Source: Nitrospirales bacterium (GTDB lineage: Bacteria; Nitrospirota; Nitrospiria; Nitrospirales; UBA8639). Taken from it: 64,000 nt of DNA. The stretch spans positions 2,560,001-2,624,000 of the forward strand of contig CBDBCZ010000019.1 in assembly GCA_965203295.1 (NCBI GenBank). Reading direction: 5' to 3'. Both the position numbers and the translations under genes were made by a program. A model generated the notes under the pieces. It made no database searches. It saw only the letters and a program-made list of their open reading frames with translations, and was not told the origin of the DNA. Positions 39,198 through 50,221 of the stretch are shown here, piece by piece (position 1 is the stretch's first letter; every line of letters starts with the position of its first letter).

Positions 39198-39614
39198 ATG
39201 ATTATCTACTCAGATCAGAAAATTTTTGATCCTTCTTGTCTTTTGGGGCTCTTTGAACAGGCGCCTTGGGCTCGCGGGCGTACCTTAGAAGACACTCAGA
39301 ACATGTTAGTTCATTCTGACCTGGTCATTACGGCCTGGGATGGAAATCAGATGATCGGGTGCGGGCGGGTTTTAACCGATTATACTTACCGTGCCTCAAT
39401 TTGGGATGTGATCGTCGATCAACAGTACCAGGGACGTGACATTGGATCACAGATCATCCATCGCATTTTGCATCACCCGACATTGCATGCCGTAGAATTA
39501 TTTTGGTTATGCACCCGAGACAAACAACCATTCTATGAAAACTTAGGTTTTAGTGCCAAGGAACAAACCGGAATGATCTGGGATCTGAACCAGCAAAAGA
39601 AATGTGAAGCGTGA
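39198..39614 (+). CDS. GNAT family N-acetyltransferase
   Basis: IGCGRVLTD, IWDVIVDQQYQGRDIG and FYENLGF motifs. Confidence 0.9.
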   Translation: MIIYSDQKIFDPSCLLGLFEQAPWARGRTLEDTQNMLVHSDLVITAWDGNQMIGCGRVLTDYTYRASIWDVIVDQQYQGRDIGSQIIHRILHHPTLHAVELFWLCTRDKQPFYENLGFSAKEQTGMIWDLNQQKKCEA

Positions 39615-39695
39615 GCTGCGAATAATGGGGTTAGGGCATGATCACGCTGTTGAAACGTTCTTGCTGATCCGCAATCTGATCTTTCGTCAAACCTT

Positions 39696-40874
39696 ATGAA
39701 ATGCCTGGGACTCATGTCAGGAACCTCAGTTGATGGGGTGGATTGTGCCATTGCCAACATAACCGGCTCTGGTCACCGCCTACGTTTTAAGCTTGTTCAC
39801 TCCCAAACGATTCCGTACAAACTCCCTCTTCGAAAACGAATTCTCTCAGCGATCACGAGAGGCACGGGCAAAGAGTTGTGTCATCTGAATGTAGTCTTGG
39901 CAGAGGTGTTCGCACATGCGGCATTGAAGACGATCAAAAAGGCGGGATTGACGGCTTCCGATATTTCGCTCATTGGATCCCATGGTCAGACCATGTACCA
40001 TTGTCCCAACCTTATTCAAGAAGCTGAAATTGGACGTCTTCGCTCAACATTTCAGATTGGAGAACCTGCGGTCATTGCCGAACGGACGGGCATTACGACC
40101 GTTGCTAACTTTCGGGCTCGTGATCTGGCGGCAGGAGGACAGGGTGCTCCTCTCACGCCCTATGTTCATTTTCTCACGTTCAGGAATCGGGCATCTTCTC
40201 GTCTCGTCGTCAATTTAGGAGGTATTGCCAATATCACCTATCTTGCGGCAGACGGTGATCTGGCTGATATTCAGGCTTTTGACACGGGTCCCTGCAACAT
40301 GCTGCTGGACGGATTGGTCTATTATTTGACGGGAGGGAAACAAACAGTCGACAGAAATGGACGACTTGCTCGAAGAGGAACTATCAATCATCCTCTATTG
40401 AAGAATTTGATGAAACATCCCTATTTACGAAAGGTGCCTCCTAAGACCACTGGTCGAGAAGAATTTGGGAATGCATTCGTCACTCGAATTTTCCAACTCG
40501 TGAGAAAACAGAGACTATCTCCAGAAGATGCCTTAGCAACGTGTTGTCGTTTTATTGCTCTTTCGATTTTTCAGGCCAGTCAGTGGCTCAAAGATGGAAT
40601 CGACGAAATAGTTGTCGGTGGAGGGGGAGTAGCCAACCAAATGCTTATGGCCGAGTTACGTATTGCCTTCGCAACAGTTCGGATACGGACCATGGACGAG
40701 GAATGGTGCGAAAGTAAAGCATTTGAGGCAATGGCGTTCGCGATCCTAGCCTATCAAACATGGCACGGTGTCTCGACGAATGTACCTTCTGCGACTGGGG
40801 CCAAACATTCGGTGATTTTGGGCTCTATTGTCCCAGGGGAAAAAACGGACAGTCCTTGTTTGCGACTCAGTTAG
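39696..40874 (+). CDS. anmK: Anhydro-N-acetylmuramic acid kinase
   Basis: GLMSGTSVDGVD, GSHGQT, GGQGAPL, NLGGIAN, FDTGPCN, PKTTGREEF and EAMAFA motifs. Confidence 0.95.
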   Translation: MKCLGLMSGTSVDGVDCAIANITGSGHRLRFKLVHSQTIPYKLPLRKRILSAITRGTGKELCHLNVVLAEVFAHAALKTIKKAGLTASDISLIGSHGQTMYHCPNLIQEAEIGRLRSTFQIGEPAVIAERTGITTVANFRARDLAAGGQGAPLTPYVHFLTFRNRASSRLVVNLGGIANITYLAADGDLADIQAFDTGPCNMLLDGLVYYLTGGKQTVDRNGRLARRGTINHPLLKNLMKHPYLRKVPPKTTGREEFGNAFVTRIFQLVRKQRLSPEDALATCCRFIALSIFQASQWLKDGIDEIVVGGGGVANQMLMAELRIAFATVRIRTMDEEWCESKAFEAMAFAILAYQTWHGVSTNVPSATGAKHSVILGSIVPGEKTDSPCLRLS

Positions 40875-40932
40875 GACTGTCTGGATTACTGTGGTTCTCT
40901 CAATAGAGTCGAAGAGTACGACAGTTCCTGGA

Positions 40933-41511
40933 ATGAATATTCTTGCTTGGTCACTCTCGTTCCCTACCGTCGTCGGTTGGCCCTTGCTTAAGCAAATATT
41001 CGGGATCGTTCTCATTGGGATCTCATTGATTCTTATTTTTCACCTACGCAGATCATTCCTGTTAAGAGATAAAAAACACAACTCCCTTGAAACATTGGAT
41101 TTTCCAAAAACGCTTGTCGTCGCCCCACGATCCTTCATCACACAATCAGAAGCCATCCTCTTCAACCTCATTCAACTGACAGTTCAGGATTCTTATTTGA
41201 TATTCGCTAAACTACCGTTAGGTCAGATCATTGCTTTTACCGAACACGACAAAGCCTCTAAGCAATTATTCATGAGGACAGCCCAGAAGGTGATTGTTGA
41301 TATCGCATTGGTTCATCCAGGCACTCTGAGCCCTGCCTTGATTGTTCTTTGGGATGATGCACAAAAGGGGGCTGACCAAAAACATCGAGCAAGGCAATTA
41401 GTAGGAACTGTATGCAGAGAAGCCTCGCTCCCTGTTATCTGGTTGCAATTAGGAGTTCCTTATACAGTTGATGAACTAACGAAATTGTTTGGCCTCGATG
41501 AAGAAGAATAA
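40933..41511 (+). CDS. DUF2726-like membrane-anchored protein
   Basis: N-terminal TM. TQSEA.LF..I, FAK.PL, VDIALV and C..ASLPVI motifs. Confidence 0.7.
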   Translation: MNILAWSLSFPTVVGWPLLKQIFGIVLIGISLILIFHLRRSFLLRDKKHNSLETLDFPKTLVVAPRSFITQSEAILFNLIQLTVQDSYLIFAKLPLGQIIAFTEHDKASKQLFMRTAQKVIVDIALVHPGTLSPALIVLWDDAQKGADQKHRARQLVGTVCREASLPVIWLQLGVPYTVDELTKLFGLDEEE

Positions 41512-41569
41512 CGCAGAGGTTTGCGAACGAACGAGGACGAAAAAAAGATTCGCGTTCATTGTCTCCGAT

Positions 41570-42190
41570 TCATCGAGTGATGACAGGAAGAATAGCGTGG
41601 AACGCATTCCGACCGAGTTGAATGAAATCTCCTTTGAATATTGCAGGATCATCGAATGTGACAAACTTGGCAAGTTTAAAAAAAGGCCTGTTCGCCAAGA
41701 CTGCCGAAACCTCAGGCTTCCGATCACCTGTTAATTCTAGAGTCACGCCTGGGCCGTTTTCCCATTCCCAGAGTGAATTGCCAAGACAAAGACATATCCT
41801 GCGATTGGAAACGAATTGATACCGATTGATTAAATTTTCCTTATACCGGCGAAGATAGCCTCCCTCAACGATCAAGGCAAAGACCATGTGGTGTCCCCAC
41901 CAAAAGAGAGACCGGAACGAGAATTTCTCTTCCCGTGTGTAAAATCGAGGAAAGTCTAAATACTGATAGGGGAAATTCTCCAAATGTTCTCCTTTGACCA
42001 ACTGATGTGTGCTTAAGCTCAAGTTGTCGGGGCTCAGCAGTGGATACTGTTGGAGATCTTGATATAAGGCTTGATGAAGTTGTTCCAAATGAAGACGAAT
42101 TTTGTGGGATATGTTGGCTTTCGCTGTAAAAAATGTTTTGTCAGCGAGAAGGGCCCCTTCGTCCTTGGTAAAAGTGGTCGTTTTATCCAT
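41570..42190 (-). CDS. Conserved hypothetical protein
   Basis: KGEHLENFPYQYLDFPR...FRSLFWWGH motif. ATG 42190 preferred. Confidence 0.75.
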   Translation of the reverse strand: MDKTTTFTKDEGALLADKTFFTAKANISHKIRLHLEQLHQALYQDLQQYPLLSPDNLSLSTHQLVKGEHLENFPYQYLDFPRFYTREEKFSFRSLFWWGHHMVFALIVEGGYLRRYKENLINRYQFVSNRRICLCLGNSLWEWENGPGVTLELTGDRKPEVSAVLANRPFFKLAKFVTFDDPAIFKGDFIQLGRNAFHAILPVITR

Positions 42191-42359
42191 TGTTTGTTCC
42201 GAAAAGGAGGGGGAAGGATAAATGAAAGTTCCTTTGGCAACCAAAAATCAAGTTTCTTCTTGAAACGTTAGCTCAAGTATACCTCTGCCACAGTTAAGAA
42301 TGAAATTGGGAAATGTTGAGTTGTTCCGCAAGCGATAATCATTTTCGAGATGGAGTCAT

Positions 42360-43132
42360 ATGAAAATTGCCACATTTAATGTGAATTCGATTCGACGAAG
42401 ATTAGAAATCGTCCTTCAATGGCTTGAGCAACACAACCCGATGTCTTATGTCTTCAAGAAACCAAAGTTCAAGATACGGAATTTCCTCTCGAGGCTCTTT
42501 CAGCTACTGGGTACTCCGTTCAATTTCGGGGCATGAAAAGCTACAACGGTGTCGCGATTCTCACCCAAGAACTTCCCGAGTATACCTCCTTTGGGTTCAG
42601 AAAAGGACCTTCTGGGGATGGGGAACGGTTGGCCCATATCGTGGTAAAAGGCGTTTCGATTATCAACACCTACATTCCACAAGGATTTAAAATTGATTCC
42701 CCAAAATATCAGTATAAACTGAAGTGGTTTAAACGGTTGCGAGCCTATTTCACAAAGCAATTGAATCCCGGCCAATGGGTCATATGGTGTGGAGACATGA
42801 ACGTGGCACCAGCTCCTATTGATGTTCACCATCCTGAAAAACATCTGATTCATGTCTGTTTTCATGAAGAAGCTCGTCTGACCTATGAAAAAACAATGGC
42901 ATGGGGTTTTGAAGATGTCTTTCGGCGACTGTATCCTGAACGGCAACAGTATACGTTTTGGGATTACCGTCGTCCCTGTGCGGTCGAGGAAAATCGGGGG
43001 TGGCGTATCGATCATATTCTTGCCACACCAAGTCTGGCGAAACGCTGTACGAAGGTGGAGGTAGACATGTGGCCCAGAACGAGCCCCAATCCCTCTGACT
43101 ACACTATCCTTTGGGCCGAATTTTCAGTATGA
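42360..43132 (+). pseudogene. xth: Exodeoxyribonuclease III, frameshifted
   Basis: MKIATFNVNSIR at 42360, a 1-nt shift at about 42437-42440 before DVLCLQETK, then YNGVA, GDMNVA and RIDHIL. The catalytic SDH reads SDY. Confidence 0.85.
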
Positions 43133-43302
43133 AGAAGTCGGTATTTCTGAAGATTTGCATAGAGTGATACTTGAATAAAGTGGTCCTTCTGGCTACCGCC
43201 CATTTGGGAAGGAGAGAATTTGGCAGGGGGGGAAAACACCGAGCTGGTAAGATGATGGGGCTCCCTTATCAAAAATGGAGACCAATCATAGGAGGGGAAA
43301 AA

Positions 43303-43893
43303 CTATTTTTTCTTCGGTTTTTTAGTTTTCATGGTATTTGGCAAATTTTCTTCCGGGATAAAAACAGCCAGGGCGACCACTGTGGTCCAAAGGTTGGGCT
43401 TACCGATAGCGGATTGGGTAATGTTTTGTGTTCGGACTATTTTCCCTCCCATCTTAAAAACCTGCTCCCGTTCTTTCCAGGCGACGTTGGGATCAAATTC
43501 AATCCCAAGAGTGGTGGCTAGCATTTGAGCTGCCAGATCTTCGGTATAATCGCCAGCCTCTTCATCAGTTTCCCCATAAGCATGATGTTCTGATAAATAA
43601 CCATAAGCCCGATGACGTCCCTGGGGAATGGCCACTCCGATAGAAGCAGAAATCAAACGATTTCGTTCGTTGGTCTCTGATCGCGCCATCACGCAATAGG
43701 TGATTTCTCCAGGATTCAACAAATGTTCCCCTCGTTTGCGCGGGATAATTTTGCAGTTTGGGGGAAGAATGGAAGAAACACTGACCAGGTTACAGTATGC
43801 CACTCCTGCACTTCTCAGTGCCTCTTCGAAGGAAGCGAGCTTTTCCCGATGAACCCCAACTCCGCGCGTTAAGAACATGTGCGTAGGAACCAT
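43303..43893 (-). CDS. pdaD: Pyruvoyl-dependent arginine decarboxylase
   Basis: [21 protein letters not shown] (self-cleavage site), GYLSEHH and [11 protein letters not shown] motifs. Confidence 0.9.
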   Translation of the reverse strand: MVPTHMFLTRGVGVHREKLASFEEALRSAGVAYCNLVSVSSILPPNCKIIPRKRGEHLLNPGEITYCVMARSETNERNRLISASIGVAIPQGRHRAYGYLSEHHAYGETDEEAGDYTEDLAAQMLATTLGIEFDPNVAWKEREQVFKMGGKIVRTQNITQSAIGKPNLWTTVVALAVFIPEENLPNTMKTKKPKKK

Positions 43894-44177
43894 GTCTCCT
43901 CCAATTCCTCCCTTGGACAAGGGATCAAACCTGAGACGTAATCATTGGGACCAACTGGCAAGCGTGAAACCGGCTTTAGGGAATTCCGAGTCACAATTCC
44001 TTTGAATGATGATCCCTTTGGGGATAACCAGGAGAAAATAAAAAAGTCAAAACCAGCGTGCAAGATTACAAGTTCTAAACCTATTGTTCAAGGGAAACCA
44101 TTGAATCCTTACCACCCAGCATGGTGGGAAGGCAGCATGAGAAGGCTGTTCTGATTATAGGGATAGCAAGGACATCA

Positions 44178-45617
44178 TTAAGTAGGTAAATTCACGACGA
44201 GCAATTTTCGTTCGGTCAAATCTTCGATGGCGTACCGTACTCCCTCTCGACCAATTCCAGAATCTTTGATTCCACCGTATGGCATATGATCTGCCCGGAA
44301 GGTAGGAATTTCATTAGCGAGAACGGCTCCAACCTTGAGTTCTCGAAAAGCTTGGAAAACTTTGTTGACATTGTTGGTAAAGACTCCAGCCTGAAGGCCA
44401 AAAGGTGAATCATTCAACAGATCCAACGCATGTGGAAAGTCTTGATACCTCGTGATGGTGACGACAGGACCGAATACTTCCTCACAGGACACCTTCATAC
44501 GTGGAGTGACATTGGCAAGGATAGTTGCCTCCACCACGGCTCCTTTTCGGGTTCCTCCAGAGAGCACATGGGCGCCTTGCGAAACGGCTTCCTGAATCCA
44601 TTCCTCGACCCGACATGCCGCGCGGTCGTCGATCAGTGGGCCTATGACGGTATTCTCATGGGAAGGGTCTCCTGCGGCCAATGCCCGGACTTTAGAAGCG
44701 AATGATTCAACGAACGATTCATAAATTTTGTCATGCAGGTAAATTCTTTGAACAGATATACACGTCTGCCCTGAGTAAGAAAAGCCACCGGTCACGCATC
44801 GTTGGACTGCCATGTCTATGTTCGCATCGAGTTCGATGATGACACCAGCGTTTCCCCCGAGTTCCAATAAGACCCGCTTTTTCCCAGCTATGGATTTGAG
44901 TTTCCATCCCACAGCGACACTTCCCGTAAAACTGAGGGCCTCAAAGCGCGAATCCCTTACCATCTGCTCTGCCAATTGATTGTCGCAAGGCACGACACTG
45001 AACACTCCTGAAGGAAGGTCAGTCTCTTGAATCACCTCAGCAAGAAGGAGCGCGGTCAATGGTGTTTGTGGAGCAGGCTTGATAATGATGGGATTCCCAG
45101 CTGCCAGACATGGAGCAACTTTATGCGCGACTAAATTCAGAGGAAAATTGAAAGGCGTGATTCCCAGAACAGGACCAATTGGAAAACGGTGAATTATGCC
45201 CATATGGTGATCCATTCCAGGAGCGACATCCATCGGGATGACTTCTCCAGGAAGGCGTTTTGCCTCCTCCCCTGCAATGGTAAAGGTTTGAATCGCACGG
45301 TCGACTTCTCGTCGCGCATCCATGATCGGTTTACCCGACTCTAAGCACATCAGATAAGCGAAATCTTCCTTCCGTGTCGCAAGAGAGGCGGCGATATGAG
45401 TGAGAGCAGACGCTCGACGGTGGGAAGGAAGTTGTCTGAAAGCCAAAAAAGCTTCAAGGGCGAGTTGAACGGCTTTTTCTATTTCCGGAGTCCCGGCTAG
45501 ACAGACTTCAGCGACAGGTTGATGATCATAAGGAGCACGAACCGACATTCGGGTCGAGGTATCGTGCCACTTCCCGCCTAAGAAAATTGGTTGGGGGGAT
45601 CGGATGGGCAAGTCCAC
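44178..45617 (-). CDS. Aldehyde dehydrogenase family protein
   Basis: ITPFNFPLNL, FTGS, LELGGN, GQTCIS, EEVFGP and PYGGIKDSGIGREG motifs. Confidence 0.93.
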   Translation of the reverse strand: MDLPIRSPQPIFLGGKWHDTSTRMSVRAPYDHQPVAEVCLAGTPEIEKAVQLALEAFLAFRQLPSHRRASALTHIAASLATRKEDFAYLMCLESGKPIMDARREVDRAIQTFTIAGEEAKRLPGEVIPMDVAPGMDHHMGIIHRFPIGPVLGITPFNFPLNLVAHKVAPCLAAGNPIIIKPAPQTPLTALLLAEVIQETDLPSGVFSVVPCDNQLAEQMVRDSRFEALSFTGSVAVGWKLKSIAGKKRVLLELGGNAGVIIELDANIDMAVQRCVTGGFSYSGQTCISVQRIYLHDKIYESFVESFASKVRALAAGDPSHENTVIGPLIDDRAACRVEEWIQEAVSQGAHVLSGGTRKGAVVEATILANVTPRMKVSCEEVFGPVVTITRYQDFPHALDLLNDSPFGLQAGVFTNNVNKVFQAFRELKVGAVLANEIPTFRADHMPYGGIKDSGIGREGVRYAIEDLTERKLLVVNLPT

Positions 45618-45623
45618 AGAAAA

Positions 45624-45920
45624 TCAAGCAACAGATTGATCTGAGGATTGCTCACCAGATACCGAATCGACGTCATGAGAAGGCGCCGCGGGTCTGGCTT
45701 CAGAGGAGGCCTTTTCAGCTTTTTGGATTAACTCATCGGTTCCCCATTCCCGAATAGAGTCCAATGAAAAAGGTTCAAAAGTAGAAGTGGCTCCACACGC
45801 AGGACAGGCCGGCTTGGGGACCTTCGATCGGTAGACCTCACCAAGACACTCAATGCAAACCAAAAGGTCTGGCTCCCCTTCTGGGCAGTCAACAGACCAA
45901 AATTCTTGAACTTCTTCCAC
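45624..45920 (-). CDS. Small rubredoxin-like zinc-binding protein
   Basis: CIEC...CPACG. Confidence 0.7.
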   Translation of the reverse strand: MEEVQEFWSVDCPEGEPDLLVCIECLGEVYRSKVPKPACPACGATSTFEPFSLDSIREWGTDELIQKAEKASSEARPAAPSHDVDSVSGEQSSDQSVA

Positions 45921-46077
45921 TTTTAGCCATTCTTTCTTAGTACGATCAACATTTGTAAAAGTTGTGTTTCCTCTCCCATTTTTGCTCTCTGTAAGAATAG
46001 GGGAGTGCTACAGACTTTTCACCCACAGGATTCGAAAAATTGCACATTCAACGCAATGACAAATCATGACAATAAAT

Positions 46078-46788
46078 CTATCCCTCTAAAGGCAGCTCAA
46101 TTCCTGGCTTCTGATGTTGAGGACTCTTTTTCTCGGAGAATTTTTTCAGCAATCGGTCAATTTCTTCTTTAAACACTTCATAAGGGAAAGCCCCTGGGAT
46201 CACAAGCAGAGGCCCGGCGTCAATGTGCTGAGTCAGAAAAAGAACGAATCCCGGTGTTCCACGAATTCCGATGCTTCCACCCTCCTGAAAATCCTGAAAA
46301 ATAGACTCCAGATAACGACCACTTTGAAAGCAGGTGGAAAAAGCTTCTCGATCCAAGCCTAAGTCGGCTGCTTGGTGTTCTAATGGTCCTGCTCCATATT
46401 TGTCTTTGCTGCTAAACAGTCGGTCATGCATGGCCCAATATTGCCCTTGCTCTCCTGCGCAACGAGCCGCTAGCGCCATATCGACCCCAGGCCCTTTCAG
46501 GGTTCGAGAGAAATCTCGATACACCAATCGGAGTTTCCCTGTTTGGATATATTCTGAATTGAGCCGAGGCCAAGTCTCCTTGAAGAATTTGACGCAAAAC
46601 CCACAGGTGAAATCAGAATATTCAAGGAGGGTAAGCGGCGCTTGTTGGTCACCTCTCACACGCCCATCCACGCGCAGTAAAAAATTTTCTGGTTCCGCCC
46701 AGATGGGAAGAGCCGTGAAAAGACAGAGAATGGTCGCTCCAAGAGTCGGCCACAAATGTAAACGTCTTTTGAAAATCTGGGTTACCAT
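46078..46788 (-). CDS. DsbA family thioredoxin-fold protein
   Basis: Signal peptide. EYSDFTCGFC, AARCAGEQG and GIRGTPGF motifs. Confidence 0.92.
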   Translation of the reverse strand: MVTQIFKRRLHLWPTLGATILCLFTALPIWAEPENFLLRVDGRVRGDQQAPLTLLEYSDFTCGFCVKFFKETWPRLNSEYIQTGKLRLVYRDFSRTLKGPGVDMALAARCAGEQGQYWAMHDRLFSSKDKYGAGPLEHQAADLGLDREAFSTCFQSGRYLESIFQDFQEGGSIGIRGTPGFVLFLTQHIDAGPLLVIPGAFPYEVFKEEIDRLLKKFSEKKSPQHQKPGIELPLEG

Positions 46789-46875
46789 CTATGTTTCCCT
46801 CAGTGGGTTCATTTTATTTAACTCGACTTTCTTTCTTAGTTTGATTTCGACTGGTTGCTCCTGTCAACCAGAGGA

Positions 46876-47991
46876 TTAAGAAGTCCGAGATTCCTGCAAG
46901 GAGCCTGTGTGATTTTCGAGCAAAGCCATCATTAAGAGAGGCCAGACCACGGTTGCATCACTCAGCACCTCAGCAAACTGTCCGCCCTCCTTTGGCGGAA
47001 TAAATTTTCCCCAGGAAATTCCCTCCTGATAAGTGCACCCGCTCAGCCCACCCCAATAATCTGGCTCGGGACAGATTCTCACACCGTATTGAAATCGAGG
47101 AGGTTTGAGATCGAGTCCCAGGCGTAGATTGAGGATTTCAATGTAAGGCGGAGTCTGTTGAGCCCAATTTCGAGGCACCCCACCTCCAATGGTAAAAATA
47201 CCGAGTCGTTTAGCACTGAGCAAATGCTGTGTATAACTATTCAAATCCAGAAAGGGATTAAAGGAAGGACGATTTTTCTGAAGTTCTTGCCAGATATCTT
47301 GATCGGTAGATGCAACGGAATGTGCTCGTTCATGAATTCCTTTTTGATTCCCCATTCCCCAAATCGAAACATCCAATCCTAATTCGGAATCAGTAAAAGC
47401 TGGAATATAGAACGGAACTTTTTTGAGGAACGCACTTTTCAGAATGCCCGCACCTGGAAATTGATTGGCCAACGTCCGGCCTAATTCTCGCGTCAATAAT
47501 TCAGAGGAAAGTGGCTGGTTGGAGTCTAGGTGATTGAGGGTCTCCCCAACGACATGTTCCACATGGTTCAGGTTCAATTCCATTTCCAAGGTGTCATACA
47601 CACGGTTATAGCCTTTTTTAAACAATTCCGTATCACTCATTGATGGATGGTATTTATAGTGAGTGTCCCCCACTGCTTCACTCATTCCATGAGCAATTAA
47701 CGCTCCCGTGGAGACGACGGCCTGGATCATTCCCTTCTCAATCATCAAACAGATGATTTTTCCCATTTTGGCGATGGTCATGGCCCCCGAGAGGGTCAAC
47801 ACCACAAAACAATCTTTATCCGCAATCATGGATTGGAGGATCTGATAGGCTTCGCCCAATCGACGTCCCCCAAAAGCCGTTTTTTTCATGGCCAACAGGA
47901 GATCAGAAAAGGAATGAATCTTTTCAGGGTCTAAAGCTTCAAGAGCTTCCAGACCATCCTGTGCTCCATCATGAAACGATCGGGCCTGCAT
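46876..47991 (-). CDS. Deoxyhypusine synthase family protein (likely homospermidine-pathway SpeY-like)
   Basis: SGAM, VSTGA, PAFTDS, IGGGVPRNWAQQ, GGLSG, EGISWGK (catalytic Lys) and DAT motifs. Confidence 0.88.
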   Translation of the reverse strand: MQARSFHDGAQDGLEALEALDPEKIHSFSDLLLAMKKTAFGGRRLGEAYQILQSMIADKDCFVVLTLSGAMTIAKMGKIICLMIEKGMIQAVVSTGALIAHGMSEAVGDTHYKYHPSMSDTELFKKGYNRVYDTLEMELNLNHVEHVVGETLNHLDSNQPLSSELLTRELGRTLANQFPGAGILKSAFLKKVPFYIPAFTDSELGLDVSIWGMGNQKGIHERAHSVASTDQDIWQELQKNRPSFNPFLDLNSYTQHLLSAKRLGIFTIGGGVPRNWAQQTPPYIEILNLRLGLDLKPPRFQYGVRICPEPDYWGGLSGCTYQEGISWGKFIPPKEGGQFAEVLSDATVVWPLLMMALLENHTGSLQESRTS

Positions 47992-48153
47992 GAACCTCCT
48001 AGGAATTACGAGAGTATCGTGCGCATTCTTCCCCTTCTCAAATCAATCCTGCAAAAGGCGAAGCAAGGGAAAGATTCTAGAAGGGAGAAAAAGCTGGAGC
48101 CCTCGTTTCATTTTTCCTCTTCTATTTCAAAGTGAAAGAGAGCTCCAGAAACA

Positions 48154-48231
48154 TGGTGGTCCCAACGGGATTTGAACCCGTGTCTGCACCTTGAGAGGGT
48201 GCCGTCCTAGGCCAAGCTAGACGATGGGACC
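48154..48231 (-). tRNA. tRNA-Glu (anticodon CTC)
   Basis: GGTCCCA...TGGGACC acceptor stem plus encoded ACCA. Anticodon arm GCACC-CTCTCAA-GGTGC. T-arm GGTTCAAATCC. Confidence 0.97.
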
Positions 48232-48430
48232 GTCCAATCCATTAGCCTTTGCATCTTGAATATTGACTAGGCAGACTCAGAAGACATGCCCTTCTTCATC
48301 TACCAAGAAGGAAACTTTACCACCAGAACGAGGAAGAGTGCAATCAAAAGCGGGCGCGACATCATCATACATCATAGATTCAACGGTCACATGAGGTTTT
48401 TTTGTCAGAGGCAACCTTTTTTGAGAAACC

Positions 48431-49984
48431 TTAAGGACGAATCGAGAGATAAATGGACCCACTGCCTCTCTTGAGGAGAATGAGCACTGGGCTCTTGGGC
48501 TCAAGTTGCTGCGTCACATGTTGATAATCCTCGACCGTTTCAATTGGGGTCCGGTTGAGTTCAAGTATGATATCACCCACGCGAAGGCCAGCCCGATTTG
48601 CCGGACTATCCGACTTGACACGGGATATTCGAACCCCGCGAGAGTCTCCTTCTCGGTTGCCGGTCAGGGGTTCCACGACAACCCCAGTCAGTGCATGATT
48701 TCCGGGCGAATTCTTAAAAGAACCTCCTGCCAGCGTGACGTCTTTGGGCATCTCTACAATAGTCAAAGACAGCTCCTGATTCTTCTCATTACGAATGACG
48801 CCAATGGGCACTTGAGTACCTGGAGAAGTCTCAGCCACAAGGGAGCGTAGGTGGGTGGCATCTTTCACTGAAATGTCACGGTATGTTCGAATCACATCTC
48901 TTCGCTTGATCCCAGCTTGTGCGGCTGGACTATTTTTCACGACGTTACTCACCAGAGCCCCTGACGTGTCGGGCACACCAAACTCCTCGGCGAGGTCAGA
49001 AGTCAATTCCTGTATCGATACGCCTAACCACCCCCTGATGACCTTGCCATGCCCGATTAAACTTTTCATCACGTTTTGCACCATATGGCTTGGAATGGCA
49101 AAGCCAATGCCCATGTACCCTCCGGTTCTTGAAAAAATCGCAGTATTAATGCCGATTAATTCACCATGTAAATTGACTAACGCTCCACCAGAATTTCCGG
49201 GGTTGATGGCTGCATCCGTTTGGATGAAATCCTCATAATCCACGATACCCATATTGGCTCGCCCTACGGCGCTGATAATTCCCATCGTGACGGTTTGATT
49301 CAAACCGAACGGGTTACCCACAGCTAAGACAACTTCACCAACCTGTAACTGATTGGAGTCTCCCCATGGGAGAGTGGGAAGCCCGTCAGCCTCAACTTTG
49401 ATGACCGCTAAGTCAGTTTTGGGATCGGTCCCTACCAATGTGGCTTCCATCTTACGCTTATCTCCCAGCAAAACCATCAGCTTATCTGCCTGGTTCACCA
49501 CATGGTTATTAGTCACGATGTATCCATCTGAACTGACAATGACCCCAGAACCCAAACCCTGCTCTTTCCGCTCCCGAGGTTGACGAAAACGACGTTCGAA
49601 TTCCTCTCCAAAAAAACGGCGAAAAAACGGGTCATCAAAAAAGGGAAAAGGACTGCCTTTTCCTGATGACGCAACTTGACGAGTCGAAGAGATATTCACA
49701 ACAGAGGCCATGGCATTTTTGGACACGCGGATAAAGGTTTCATTCGCAGGAAATGAAACTCCCACGGGATCGGAGAAAGGAGGAGGCTGAGACTCCGAAG
49801 GGGTAGCCGCATCGGCTATAAAATCAGAGTCCCCTGGAGCTTCGGTGCACTGAATAAGACTTCCAGTCACAACGAAAATGAGGAGCCCTAATACCCATTC
49901 AGGAATACGGCAACGGCTCCGCCTTTTCTCAGCGGAGGAGTTAGTCGGCATATCTCTGACCTTTCGGGATTTCTCGACACTCAT
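48431..49984 (-). CDS. degP: DegP/DegQ (HtrA) serine protease with two PDZ domains
   Basis: GSGVIV, TNNHVV, DLAV, QTDAAINPGNSGG and two PDZ domains. Start uncertain (49984 or 49951). Confidence 0.93.
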   Translation of the reverse strand: MSVEKSRKVRDMPTNSSAEKRRSRCRIPEWVLGLLIFVVTGSLIQCTEAPGDSDFIADAATPSESQPPPFSDPVGVSFPANETFIRVSKNAMASVVNISSTRQVASSGKGSPFPFFDDPFFRRFFGEEFERRFRQPRERKEQGLGSGVIVSSDGYIVTNNHVVNQADKLMVLLGDKRKMEATLVGTDPKTDLAVIKVEADGLPTLPWGDSNQLQVGEVVLAVGNPFGLNQTVTMGIISAVGRANMGIVDYEDFIQTDAAINPGNSGGALVNLHGELIGINTAIFSRTGGYMGIGFAIPSHMVQNVMKSLIGHGKVIRGWLGVSIQELTSDLAEEFGVPDTSGALVSNVVKNSPAAQAGIKRRDVIRTYRDISVKDATHLRSLVAETSPGTQVPIGVIRNEKNQELSLTIVEMPKDVTLAGGSFKNSPGNHALTGVVVEPLTGNREGDSRGVRISRVKSDSPANRAGLRVGDIILELNRTPIETVEDYQHVTQQLEPKSPVLILLKRGSGSIYLSIRP

Positions 49985-50221
49985 GATTCTTATGAAAATA
50001 TCAGACGGGAAGAGAGAGGTCCGCTGATGACAAATCTTTTCTTCGAGCTGTTTCCGTCAACCTTATTTTATCATTCTACCAGAAAATTGGGGAATGGATG
50101 ATGATAGAGGTTGTTAAGGGTCCAAAGAGGCCTGTCCCCATCGTTACGCTATAAACTAGAATCATGGTCGTGTGGTGGGTTTCCTGCTGCTAGGAACAGT
50201 GGTTCGGGGATTGAAGCAGGG

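Noticed and set aside
48154..48231. tRNA-Glu as an island integration site
   Set aside because: No integrase and no duplicated tRNA 3' end were seen in the window.
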